Virus record (IMG/VR): IMGVR_UViG_3300021197_000841
Location: 8,162 to 72,161 of that record
Direction: 5' to 3' (one strand)
Length of the DNA: 64,000 nt
Source: a virus
In this document: piece after piece, positions 36,809-46,233 of the stretch
How the letters are laid out: every line of letters begins with the position of its first letter
Position numbering within the stretch: the stretch's first letter is position 1
The notes under the pieces: generated by a model
The model's database searches: none
What the model was told of the DNA's origin: nothing
Seen by the model: the letters and a program-made list of their open reading frames with translations, nothing else
Made by a program: the position numbers and the translations under genes

Positions 36809-37360
36809 ATGAAATATGTTTTAGCAGTTGCTCTTGCTGAAGAACTCGAGGGCATTAAAGGTGATTATAATATAATCTATACTGGTGTAGGCAAGGTCAA
36901 TGCCGCAATTACACTTACTAAATACCTATCAGAAAATCCAGACACAGAATTAGTAATCAATTACGGTACTGCTGGTGGTGTTGATCCTGATATGAAAGGT
37001 ATGCTCCATATAGGCAAATTTGTACAAGCAGATATGGATTGTAGAGAATTTGGGTTTGAAAACTTTCAAACACCGTTTGAGTCACTAACAACGCAAATAG
37101 TGGTTGACCATAACGGTTTTACATGTTATACTCAGGATAAGTTTGCCACAGTTGCACCCGAAGGGTATTGTAATTGTGTCGACATGGAATCATACGCACT
37201 AGCAAAAGTATGTACGATTTTTGATATTAAATTTAAATGTATGAAGTTTATTAGTGATATTATAGGACAAGGAGATCAAACGTCAGAATGGGAAGCCAAT
37301 AAGTCGTTAGGTGTAGAAATGTTTGAAAGTTCACTGAAAGACTTAATTGGAGAAAAATAA
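36809..37360 (+). CDS. mtnN: 5'-methylthioadenosine/S-adenosylhomocysteine nucleosidase (PNP_UDP family)
   Basis: 'ALAEE', 'TGVGKVNAA', 'INYGTAGG', 'QADMD', 'VDMESYALA', 'KFISD'. Confidence 0.85.
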   Translation: MKYVLAVALAEELEGIKGDYNIIYTGVGKVNAAITLTKYLSENPDTELVINYGTAGGVDPDMKGMLHIGKFVQADMDCREFGFENFQTPFESLTTQIVVDHNGFTCYTQDKFATVAPEGYCNCVDMESYALAKVCTIFDIKFKCMKFISDIIGQGDQTSEWEANKSLGVEMFESSLKDLIGEK

Positions 37361-37362
37361 AA

Positions 37363-39078
37363 ATGAACGAACAAGATAAGAACTTTTTAATAAACTTTAG
37401 TCCTATGCTTGCCGCGGCGGTTATTGGATTTTTATTGCTTGTGGCTTTTGAGGCCAAGGCAGAAGATATAGAGGAAGTGATTGTGGTTGCTCAACAGGTT
37501 GAAACCACAGAAGCAGATGCTTTAACAACTACTACTATTACAGAAAGTATTTTACCAGAGTTTACTTGGACAGCAGGAGGCACTGGTGCCTTTCAAGGTT
37601 ACAATGAACGTGGTGCTCAAGCAGTACATACGTCAGTTTATAAAAATGGTATTCCATCTAACACCCCAGGTTCTGCTTGGTATGACTTTGGACACGAAAT
37701 TGTAAGTGGTCAAAATGTTAAAGTTATTTCAGGTGCTAATGGAGTCATGTATGGCTCAGGTAGTATTGCTGGCGCAGTATTAATTGAGGATACTATCGAA
37801 AGAAGTATCACAGCAAAGTTAGGTAGCAGTCAAGAAAGATATATTAGTGTTGCTCCTACATCATGGTTTCAGTACACAGACTACACAACTGACCAACAAG
37901 CAAGAAACGACAACACGGAAAGTGACACATACAAAAATCAAAGTGCTAAAATTATCGCTGATGCCGGAGACTTTGAATTAATAGTAAGTGCTACAGATTA
38001 CGCATATGATTATGATAATTGTTATACTGCTAGTTTTAGTCAAAGTAATGACTGCTTACAAGACGGCGAAAAGTTTACTGTTAGTGTTAGAAATGAATAT
38101 TTCACTATAGGCAGAACAGAAGACAAAGCAGAATACTTCACAGAAGGTGTTAGCACATATCAAAACGAAAGCAGTAGAGATTATTTTAGAGCAGGCGATA
38201 CAGTAGACTTGTCTAAGTTATTACAAGTTACATACGGTGTCGACGGCAGTAAAGATCAATACAATGAACATGAGCAAGACAACTATGGTGCGTTTTTAAG
38301 TATCAATGCCGAATTTGCCTTGAAGTATAACTTTGGATTTAGAGTAGGCAATGCTGATCAAAACGCAATGAGAATTGGTATAGAAAGCGGACAGTTCTTT
38401 ATGAATGTTGGTACAAGTTTTAGACGTCCTAACTTATATGAAGTATACGGTGATAACTGGGTAAGTGCTAATGAAGAACTATTACCAGAAGAAGGCACAG
38501 GTTACGAAATAGGTTTTGGTGCTTTAAGTATATTCATGTACGACTTTGAACAAGCAATTGAATATGCTAGTGGCTACACAACTACAAACATTATTACTCC
38601 TGAGATCACCACAACAGATCCTGATACAGGTGTAGTTACTGTAACGCCTGCTGTAACAGAAGATATCTATACACCTGCTATGTATTACAATACCGGTAAC
38701 TATTCAACACAGGGCGTTAGATTTGCTAACACGTGGGGTCCTATTAGCCTTATGCTAAAAGTCAACGACACAGAACAAGTTAGAATACCAGAATATGTTG
38801 CTGTGATATCATGGGAACAAAATTATAAAGGTGTGGATTACAGAATCAAATACTCAGGGCAGTTTGACAGAGTACCAGGGCAGTATGACTTCTTACCAGA
38901 AGGACAGGAATACTTAGACGACTTAAAGAAACTAAACATTTATGTTGGTAAGCAATTTGCGTCTGGCTTAAATCTCAACTTTACTATTGATAATATTACT
39001 GACCAAGAGGTCGAAGTATTACCTGGCTATGATAGCCAAGGCAGAGAATATCAATTAACAGTACAGTATAATTGGTAA
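37363..39078 (+). CDS. TonB-dependent outer-membrane receptor (compact, BtuB-like)
   Basis: Signal peptide ending AKA; TonB box 'IEEVIVVAQ'; plug motifs 'ERG..AVHTSVYKNGIP' and 'ISGANGVMYGSGSIAGAV'; 'TSFRRPNLYE', 'LLPEEG', 'NITD'; C-terminal 'GREYQLTVQYNW'. Confidence 0.9.
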   Translation: MNEQDKNFLINFSPMLAAAVIGFLLLVAFEAKAEDIEEVIVVAQQVETTEADALTTTTITESILPEFTWTAGGTGAFQGYNERGAQAVHTSVYKNGIPSNTPGSAWYDFGHEIVSGQNVKVISGANGVMYGSGSIAGAVLIEDTIERSITAKLGSSQERYISVAPTSWFQYTDYTTDQQARNDNTESDTYKNQSAKIIADAGDFELIVSATDYAYDYDNCYTASFSQSNDCLQDGEKFTVSVRNEYFTIGRTEDKAEYFTEGVSTYQNESSRDYFRAGDTVDLSKLLQVTYGVDGSKDQYNEHEQDNYGAFLSINAEFALKYNFGFRVGNADQNAMRIGIESGQFFMNVGTSFRRPNLYEVYGDNWVSANEELLPEEGTGYEIGFGALSIFMYDFEQAIEYASGYTTTNIITPEITTTDPDTGVVTVTPAVTEDIYTPAMYYNTGNYSTQGVRFANTWGPISLMLKVNDTEQVRIPEYVAVISWEQNYKGVDYRIKYSGQFDRVPGQYDFLPEGQEYLDDLKKLNIYVGKQFASGLNLNFTIDNITDQEVEVLPGYDSQGREYQLTVQYNW

Positions 39079-39123
39079 TGTAATAAATAATATTTGTAAA
39101 TTAACTAACATTGTAGGACCACA

Positions 39124-39393
39124 ATGACCACAGATAAAATTATTAAAAAAATTATTAGCACGTTTAAAGAATTACAATTACGTTCTAATGAAATCAACCA
39201 CGCATCAGGCGAACTTGTTTTAGCAACATGTATTCAAAAAGATAGAAGAGGAAAGTATGACAGTTTAGGCTTTTACAATGTAAAAACTAAAAGATATGCT
39301 TTAGTCTTTATTCGTGATTATATTGCTAGGAATGTTAATCATATTCCAGAACTTGATCAGATGCGTTCACTTGTAAAAGAATCTGCTCTATAG
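39124..39393 (+). CDS. hypothetical protein (89 aa)
   Basis: ORF with AGGA RBS and an upstream AATAAATA box (39082-39089). Confidence 0.55.
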   Translation: MTTDKIIKKIISTFKELQLRSNEINHASGELVLATCIQKDRRGKYDSLGFYNVKTKRYALVFIRDYIARNVNHIPELDQMRSLVKESAL

Positions 39394-39398
39394 AAGCA

Positions 39399-39605
39399 AT
39401 GACTAATAACAGAATTAACAATTCTCTAAATAACACACTTGAAGAAGAACTTAGGGTTATGCTTGTAGAAAAGAATAACGAAAACCGAGAGTTAAGAGCA
39501 CAAGTTAAAATTTTAGAGGATTGTGTTGCTGAAGAACAAGAAGCAAAATATAGAGCATGGGTTAAATTAGCCGATCTTAAAAAAAGTACTGGTACTACAG
39601 AGTAG
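39399..39605 (+). CDS. small coiled-coil protein (68 aa)
   Basis: Heptad-like 'LEEELRVMLVEKNNENRELRAQVKILE'; follows the previous ORF directly. Confidence 0.55.
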   Translation: MTNNRINNSLNNTLEEELRVMLVEKNNENRELRAQVKILEDCVAEEQEAKYRAWVKLADLKKSTGTTE

Positions 39606-40419
39606 AAAACAGTTCTGCTTCTACAAGTCTCTTATTATATAATTCGTGATTAACAATCTCTTTGTCTTTTTTAATGATACTAGAGAAATCTAAAAAATGA
39701 GATGCTACCTTATTATAATGCTGATTATTAAGAGTTAATATAAGATTACTATTAATTAATCGTTTTTCTTCTACATCGAATGCTAACGATATAAGAGCCG
39801 CAAACTGAGATTTACTTATTGGAACTGTAACTAAACGTTGAATCGTGTTGATTGCTAATTGTAAATCGATAGTAAATAGTTTTCTGATCGTGTTGTTATC
39901 AACTCCATTTTGAAAACTACAAACATATATTCCGGTATCTTTATCAAATACTTCTAATTCGCTAAAGTTTGCTAAAGAAAAACTATTCTTAGTAAATACA
40001 TTGCTTCCTTTTAATTCCTGGAACTGCTGTTTAATAATACGTTGTACTTCGCTGTTATCTAAAGATACATAACCATAGTCGCGATAAGCAATCATGTTAT
40101 TTGCTATTTCCATTTGTGTTAGTTTGTGTTCGAAGCCAATGTATGTTTCTCTGTTATATTGTTGTGGGTATGTGTATACTGGCACAATAGATTTAATAAA
40201 CACCTCTAACTCTTTCATAAAAACAGGTTCTAATGTATGGTCAGTAGGTAATACTAAATTAGTTTGAGCAGTACTTTTATTATATTCGGGTATAACTTCG
40301 CCTGTAGACCAATTATATGCTGTACCTAAAAAATATCCATCCGGTGATGAATAGTTTGCTGGCTTTTTGTCTGAAAAGTCAATTTGTCCAGGTAGCAAAT
40401 CTGTTTGAGCATTTATCAT
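39595..40419 (-). CDS. lysozyme-like (GH24) protein, probably catalytically degenerate
   Basis: C-terminal 'ISKSQFAALISLAFDV...LNNQHY...LYNKRLVEAELF' matches the phage-lysozyme fold; coupled to the gp5-like gene. Confidence 0.65.
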   Translation of the reverse strand: MINAQTDLLPGQIDFSDKKPANYSSPDGYFLGTAYNWSTGEVIPEYNKSTAQTNLVLPTDHTLEPVFMKELEVFIKSIVPVYTYPQQYNRETYIGFEHKLTQMEIANNMIAYRDYGYVSLDNSEVQRIIKQQFQELKGSNVFTKNSFSLANFSELEVFDKDTGIYVCSFQNGVDNNTIRKLFTIDLQLAINTIQRLVTVPISKSQFAALISLAFDVEEKRLINSNLILTLNNQHYNKVASHFLDFSSIIKKDKEIVNHELYNKRLVEAELFSTL

Positions 40420-42107
40420 TTAAATCCACCTTTGAACGGCTTGTCTTTCTTAGACGTACTAGGTTCTGGTTGTGGTACTCTAGAAAGAATAGTTTTTACA
40501 CCTTTGTTGATCATTCCTTCCCACTTTGGTACCCCTTGCGGACTACCGGGCGGAAATATCATACGAGTAAGTGTTTTACCTTGTACTTGCTTACCTGGCT
40601 GTTCCGGTAACGGTACCGGGAGAGGTATAATATCAAAGCCAAATAGTGTCATAGGCTTGAATTTTGTTCCTATATAATCTGATACTTTTAATTCTGGAAA
40701 TTCTAATACTGGAGTAAATGCCTCTGGAGCAATATCTACCATGGCTCCTTCTAAATTAAGTTTTGCCATACCTTGAACAACTGTGTTAGTACTTGTAGCA
40801 GTTAAAGTGCCTAATGGGCCTGTGACTAAATTAATTTTACCAGGTATTGGATTACCCATTACAACTCTGCCGTCTGCTTGACCTATAATATTTTGCGATT
40901 TTATTTTTGTTTCGCCTGCTGAGTTTAGTAAAATCTTACCCTGTGTACCAGTTAATTTTAAAAACGGCGATGGTTGTGCTGAGAACTCTAAGTTTTGTCC
41001 TTTAATGTTTACATCTTTGTAACCTTCAATGTTGACTGTGCCTTTTGTAAGAGCGGCAACAAAGAGTGGGCCTGCTTGTGGGTCGGCCATGGCTAAATCT
41101 ACCTCCTCCACTATGCCACCTAAGCCTCGACCTTCATCCAATGGATGGGGAGAATTATTAGCGGCCTTTATATTAATATCTTGGCCTGCTTCAATGTTTA
41201 CATTTTGATCTGCTCTTAAATTTAAGTCGCCCATAGTTCTAACATTATAACTGCCTTTGCCGAATATATCTATATTGCCTTCACCATCTATTTCAATATA
41301 CCCTGTTCCTTTTTTGTTCACAATATAGATAATATCGTTCGTATCGTTTAATAAAATCTGCATACCCTGGCCTGTACGCAATCTAATTAAATTATTATTA
41401 TCATTGTCATCCATTACGAACTGATGGCCTGGATTTCTTGCCTTGGGATTTCCATCTTGTCTAGAGCCCGGTGTTAATATACCAAATACTTCAGAAATAT
41501 CTTCTCGTCTGGCACCACTAGTACTTTGCCCTCTAACAAAATCATCTGCCAATCCTTGATGGAATAAATTATCTGCTAATGGGTGTTGAGGCCTCTTTGA
41601 CGACTTGGGCACAGTTTTTGTGCCTTTATACTCATACTCCATGTCAAAATTACTTGGATCAGAATTCAGGTTTACTTCTGTAACAGCATCGGGCAATCCA
41701 TTTGTAGTTTGTCCTGCTGGAATACCTGGCACCATAGAGTTTCTTAAAGAGTGAAATAAACATGATATAATTACTGGTATCTTTTTTGCGTTCTTAAACA
41801 CAATGCCTACTATAACTTGAGTACCAGGGTCTGGTGGTCTCATCCACATACCGTAACTGGTTTGTGCCGCTGTAGGATCTGCGTCATCTGTGTTTGCGCC
41901 TAATTCCGTTGCTCCAGCAAATGGCGAAGACCATTGACAGTTAAATAATGCGTCATCGGTTTCATCTGACCCTGTTATCTCTGGGATATGTACTAACATA
42001 TTTCCGTTGCGGGTTGTATCTATAACTTTCTTGATTGTGCCAATCCAGAGTTGCTTAGTTTCCAATACTGAATTGTAGTGCTCTCTTAACTTATCTTTTC
42101 TTGCCAT
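40416..42107 (-). CDS. gp5: baseplate central spike, gp5/VgrG-like
   Basis: OB-fold 'D..RNG...VHIP...SYGMWMRPPDPGTQVIV', then 'GHQFVMDD...IRLRT..G.QILL.D', followed by beta-helix repeats. Confidence 0.8.
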   Translation of the reverse strand: MARKDKLREHYNSVLETKQLWIGTIKKVIDTTRNGNMLVHIPEITGSDETDDALFNCQWSSPFAGATELGANTDDADPTAAQTSYGMWMRPPDPGTQVIVGIVFKNAKKIPVIISCLFHSLRNSMVPGIPAGQTTNGLPDAVTEVNLNSDPSNFDMEYEYKGTKTVPKSSKRPQHPLADNLFHQGLADDFVRGQSTSGARREDISEVFGILTPGSRQDGNPKARNPGHQFVMDDNDNNNLIRLRTGQGMQILLNDTNDIIYIVNKKGTGYIEIDGEGNIDIFGKGSYNVRTMGDLNLRADQNVNIEAGQDINIKAANNSPHPLDEGRGLGGIVEEVDLAMADPQAGPLFVAALTKGTVNIEGYKDVNIKGQNLEFSAQPSPFLKLTGTQGKILLNSAGETKIKSQNIIGQADGRVVMGNPIPGKINLVTGPLGTLTATSTNTVVQGMAKLNLEGAMVDIAPEAFTPVLEFPELKVSDYIGTKFKPMTLFGFDIIPLPVPLPEQPGKQVQGKTLTRMIFPPGSPQGVPKWEGMINKGVKTILSRVPQPEPSTSKKDKPFKGGFK

Positions 42108-42125
42108 ACTGCTATTTAATCTCCA

Positions 42126-45086
42126 TTATCGAAATCGACTGCCGGATCTGATCGAGGAAATGTAATTAACCACATTGTCTACGTCTTGGTTAGTATCTGC
42201 CTGTGGTTGTTCACCACCTGCCTGTGGTTGTTCACCGCCTGCTTGTGGTTGTTCTTGCCTCGGGTCAATTACAGCAGGTGCTTCAAGTACTTCGGCTTGA
42301 GCCTGATCTTCTGATTCGTTGTCATCGTCGGCATATACAGGGTGATTGGGTTCTTTTTGATTTTTAATACATTTCAATAATTGTTTAAACTGCCCACCGC
42401 TAAATTTATGCGTTACTTCTGTAATCATATAGTATCCAGAATACGATGGATCTATTTGTTTAATATCTACTATACCAGTATGCTGTTCAAAGTCATCAGC
42501 ATAATGTTCATACTCTTTAGGGAAAACATATCTAAATGCTGTAAATACCGAGCCGTTACCATATGGCGCGGATGTTTTAGACTCTCTATCTGTTGTGTAT
42601 TCTTCTTTCCATGTATTTGGCTCAGTCTTATCCTCAGGTGTTACCAATATAGACGGAGTGCTATTTTCATTTTTTGAATAGTCTTCTCTACCAAACCAAT
42701 ACGGATCACCTTTAACAGTTAATTCCATCTGGACCAAGTAGGGTATGCCTTCTTTTTTATATGAAAGCATTGTTGAAGCATAATGTTGTTTAGGCGTTAC
42801 ATCGTTTGAATTGGGATCTTCACCTACAGGAACACCTTCCACTTGGGTGTAAGAAAAATCAAATGCGTCAGGATCAACTCCAGAAAAATCCATTTCTTCT
42901 AAATATGTTAATTCGTGTTCTGGAGCACTCGAAGCCTCTAACATTTCAAATGTAAAACTGTTTTTATTAATAGCAGGTGCTCCGGAAAATCCTGGCGGTG
43001 CCGTGGCAAATTGTGCTATTTCATCAATTAGTGTTTGTGCTTCGCCTAGACCCGGTATATCATCTGGACTTAAACTTAATCCGGTTCCGGCAATTACTTG
43101 ATTTACGTTGTCAACTAAACCGTCAATCCCACTACTGAGAGATGTCAGTCGTTTTGCTAAGCCTGATGTAAATTCAAACGGACTAGATGCACCCGTAATA
43201 ATCTGTGCTATTTGTCCAGCCGCAATGTTTAAACCACCAGCAAGGTCCCCTGCTGTGTCTTCTAGCACTGATTGAAAGTCTTGTATATCAGCAAATAATC
43301 CATCTACTACTTGCGTGCCTTTGGCAACTGATTCTATTTTGTTAAAAATTGCTATAGGTGAACTTGGTAATCTTCGAGATAATGTAGTACCCGATATGCC
43401 ACCTGCTACACCAGATGCTGTTGCTTGTATCTCAGCAATTCCTGTAATTGCGTCTCTTGTATTTTTACCTAATGAGGAAACTGTGGATTTAAGATCACTT
43501 CCTAATTGTTTAAAATGATTAAGTAATGTTTCGGTGGAGGCTTTACCAGCCTTGGCTTGCTGTAATAGTCTGGTTGTGGTTTTTTCTCTGGCTTTCTCGA
43601 GGCTCTTTGCATCCACTTGCCTTGCCTTAGAATCTTGATAAGTAGGTTGTATTCCTCCATACGCAGGAAATATAAATACCTGCCCTGTGGGGAAACTTAA
43701 ATCCACATCTAGTACTTGATCGTTAATACCAGTAAACATGTAATCGTATTGTTTAACAATATTCCATTTATCAATTGCTTTCTTCTTTTTGTCTTTTTCG
43801 TCGTTGCTAAAGTTTTCTGTGTTACATGTTGCGCCGGCTTGTAATTGTAAATCCAAAATGTATATAACGTTAAATGCCGGAGTTCCAGTAGGCAACGAGT
43901 CAGCCTGAGGTTTTTTAATAACAGATGATCTTATTACTGGTGCCCATATGGCATCATTGCATTCTTTAGTTGCTATAATATTATCTTCAGATGCTATGGC
44001 TTTTATGTCTGTTACATAATCTACAAAGTAAGCACTCTTTTTCATTATATCTTCAATGGCTTGTTCTATACTTGTGCCTTTTTTAATGTTATGTTCAACC
44101 TGGAGTTTTTCTACTCCTTCAATTGTTGATGGATCTTTAACTGGATCTGTTTCCTTGTTACCATTAATATGAAATTTTGGATCAATCTTAAAATCTTCAG
44201 GTTCCAATGGGACTTTATCTTTTATGCCGTATTTTTTGCCAAGACCAATTCCTATACTATGAAAACCACTAAGTTTACTACCTGATGGCGAATCTAACTC
44301 TATTCCTTTCTGAGTTAACATCTCGGCGAATTTTTTTAACAGACGTTCAGTAGTTAAGGTGGCCGACTGTTTCGGGTCGGCTTCGATCGTTATAGTCATA
44401 TCTTCTACTGCTCTTTTAGTATAGTCAGGTAACTTTGCGCCAATTTCGGTAAATGATACGCCGGCCAAATTATATTCTGTGCCATCAGTAGTAGGATTGA
44501 AATCAAAATTTGTTAACCAAAACGGCCATGCCCATGATCCGAGTATTTCATAATCTTGTGACGGCATGCCATCAGTGTCGACTAGTTCTTTTTCGTCGGT
44601 CGTCCAGTCTCTGTATCCAACTAAATCTACTTCTATTAGATATGGAAGATCTAATGGTCCTTTGGATTTGCCTTTATCATTTTTATATAACTTGTCTACA
44701 TCAAACTTAGATTCTTGATCCATCAATCTAAGTTTGTTAAATGCTATTTGAATTAACGTAAAGAAACTGGCACCAATCGGCTCGGTGATTGTAAATGCTA
44801 TTTTTGTCGAATATCCTTTGCTATTATCAGGTGTACCTAAACCATATGTGTCAACTACTGTTTGTATATCTAAGTTATCTATATTAAATTTTGTAGTTAC
44901 GCCTGTTTGAGCAATGATAACTTTTTTTGTGCCCTTGGAAACTCCTAAAGGCAATATACCAGATTGGTGAAAACTGTTTGGTAAAGCACTGAATGTAATA
45001 TTATATGTATAACTAGATAGATAATCTAAAGAATTCGGCATTGGATCACCGCTAGTATACAAATTATTTTTATCTGTATCTGCCAT
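42126..45086 (-). CDS. baseplate hub protein (gp27/gp44-like) with large insertion
   Basis: 'FTITEPIG', 'KQYDYMFTGINDQVLD', 'LTVKGDPYW', 'SGYYMITEVTHKFSGGQFKQLL'; lies between gp53- and gp5-like genes. Confidence 0.65.
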   Translation of the reverse strand: MADTDKNNLYTSGDPMPNSLDYLSSYTYNITFSALPNSFHQSGILPLGVSKGTKKVIIAQTGVTTKFNIDNLDIQTVVDTYGLGTPDNSKGYSTKIAFTITEPIGASFFTLIQIAFNKLRLMDQESKFDVDKLYKNDKGKSKGPLDLPYLIEVDLVGYRDWTTDEKELVDTDGMPSQDYEILGSWAWPFWLTNFDFNPTTDGTEYNLAGVSFTEIGAKLPDYTKRAVEDMTITIEADPKQSATLTTERLLKKFAEMLTQKGIELDSPSGSKLSGFHSIGIGLGKKYGIKDKVPLEPEDFKIDPKFHINGNKETDPVKDPSTIEGVEKLQVEHNIKKGTSIEQAIEDIMKKSAYFVDYVTDIKAIASEDNIIATKECNDAIWAPVIRSSVIKKPQADSLPTGTPAFNVIYILDLQLQAGATCNTENFSNDEKDKKKKAIDKWNIVKQYDYMFTGINDQVLDVDLSFPTGQVFIFPAYGGIQPTYQDSKARQVDAKSLEKAREKTTTRLLQQAKAGKASTETLLNHFKQLGSDLKSTVSSLGKNTRDAITGIAEIQATASGVAGGISGTTLSRRLPSSPIAIFNKIESVAKGTQVVDGLFADIQDFQSVLEDTAGDLAGGLNIAAGQIAQIITGASSPFEFTSGLAKRLTSLSSGIDGLVDNVNQVIAGTGLSLSPDDIPGLGEAQTLIDEIAQFATAPPGFSGAPAINKNSFTFEMLEASSAPEHELTYLEEMDFSGVDPDAFDFSYTQVEGVPVGEDPNSNDVTPKQHYASTMLSYKKEGIPYLVQMELTVKGDPYWFGREDYSKNENSTPSILVTPEDKTEPNTWKEEYTTDRESKTSAPYGNGSVFTAFRYVFPKEYEHYADDFEQHTGIVDIKQIDPSYSGYYMITEVTHKFSGGQFKQLLKCIKNQKEPNHPVYADDDNESEDQAQAEVLEAPAVIDPRQEQPQAGGEQPQAGGEQPQADTNQDVDNVVNYISSIRSGSRFR
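42197..42254. repeat. 21-bp tandem repeat x~3 (EQPQAGG)
   Basis: ctgc(c/t)tgtggttgttc at 42197, 42218 and 42239. Confidence 0.9.
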
Positions 45087-45087
45087 G

Positions 45088-45390
45088 TTATCCCCTAGTT
45101 AGGTTTTCTACTGTTTCTTTACTTGGAACTTTAATTTCTATTCCTGCCTGGAAATCCATTAGCGGATCTTTTATAATGTCTAAATTGCGTAATGTAAAGA
45201 CCCACCAAAACTCAACATTATTGTATAAATCGTATGCTAGTAGATCAGGCCGCATACTGTATTTTTCTTGTAGTATAATAGTCTGATCAGTAATACTCTC
45301 TTTGATTCGAGGTAAATTAGCATAATTAAGACCTGTATAAAAAGACTTATTAGGTGCCGAATTAAGGAAACTGTTTTTTGAATATGCCAT
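45088..45390 (-). CDS. gp53: baseplate wedge gp53-like LysM protein
   Basis: 'RPDLLAYDLY....WWVF..RN..IKDP..DF.AG..I.VP'. Confidence 0.85.
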   Translation of the reverse strand: MAYSKNSFLNSAPNKSFYTGLNYANLPRIKESITDQTIILQEKYSMRPDLLAYDLYNNVEFWWVFTLRNLDIIKDPLMDFQAGIEIKVPSKETVENLTRG

Positions 45391-46097
45391 TAAATAAATC
45401 CTATGTTTTTGCCACGTTTCATATCATCAAGACTAAAATCTTTACGAATTCGTCTAGGTGAATATTGCGGTGTAAGGTTAATTGTAAATTCTACATCGGT
45501 TGGCACATAAGTAACACTCTTATCACCAAACGCACTAGCAAAGATGCCCGAAGATATTTTCCCGTCTTTATCCGGTTGTTGTCCTGTGGGCGAAGCCGGT
45601 ACTGGAACATAATCAACCTGATTCGAGAGCATCATGTTAAAGTCTGTTAGTAGAACTGGAACTCTATCAAATCCAAAAGGCCCTAAGTATGAAAATTGCA
45701 TCAACGGTGGAGGCGCACCAAATTTCTTAGATGCTATTGCTCTTTCACCAAAATCACTTTGGGTCATTGCATTTAGGAATCTAAATGTTGCTAATAAGTA
45801 TTGTGCTTCTTCTTTTGAACTTGCTGTAAATTGTGCTATAAGAGGTATAATTGGCGGAGCAGAGTTTATATAACTATATATAGGATAGTTTGCTCCTTTA
45901 AAATCCATCTGCCCATAATTTGCCGATCTGGCAAAGTAAAGGTTTGGTGTATACGGAAATACAATTCCTCTATTTGCTTTTAATGGGAACATTACATTAC
46001 CTTCTTTAACTGTCTCGTCAAAGAATGATTCAGAGTACTTTTTAAACAACTGTAACCTTGCTCTATAATCAGAATTTAATGTTGTTTCAAAACCCAT
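45390..46097 (-). CDS. tail-tube initiator / baseplate protein (gp48/gp54-like)
   Basis: 'IVFPYTP', 'GAPPPL', 'FDRVPV', 'VDYV', 'YVPT...INLTPQYSP'. Start revised to the ATG at 46097 (GGAG RBS; late box at 46136-46129). Confidence 0.65.
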   Translation of the reverse strand: MGFETTLNSDYRARLQLFKKYSESFFDETVKEGNVMFPLKANRGIVFPYTPNLYFARSANYGQMDFKGANYPIYSYINSAPPIIPLIAQFTASSKEEAQYLLATFRFLNAMTQSDFGERAIASKKFGAPPPLMQFSYLGPFGFDRVPVLLTDFNMMLSNQVDYVPVPASPTGQQPDKDGKISSGIFASAFGDKSVTYVPTDVEFTINLTPQYSPRRIRKDFSLDDMKRGKNIGFI

Positions 46098-46182
46098 ATG
46101 CTCTCCATTTTTATAAAAGTATGTAATGTATTTATCGATTTCAATAAAACTACACTTAATTCCTAAAAGTGGATAATTATAC

Positions 46183-46210
46183 TTGACTTCTGAAAAAATA
46201 AATGTATAAT
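46183..46210 (+). promoter_or_regulatory. sigma70-type promoter for the gp55-gp47-gp46 operon
   Basis: TTGACT-16 nt-TATAAT, followed by a GGAG RBS and the ATG at 46234. Confidence 0.7.
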
Positions 46211-46233
46211 ACATTAAACGGAGATTACAAACA

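Noticed and set aside
46098-46214. N-terminal extension of the 45390-46214 ORF (likewise 36727-36756, 5066-5089, 867-893)
   Set aside because: These extensions run through promoters or upstream genes; the downstream ATGs have an SD or a stop-start overlap.
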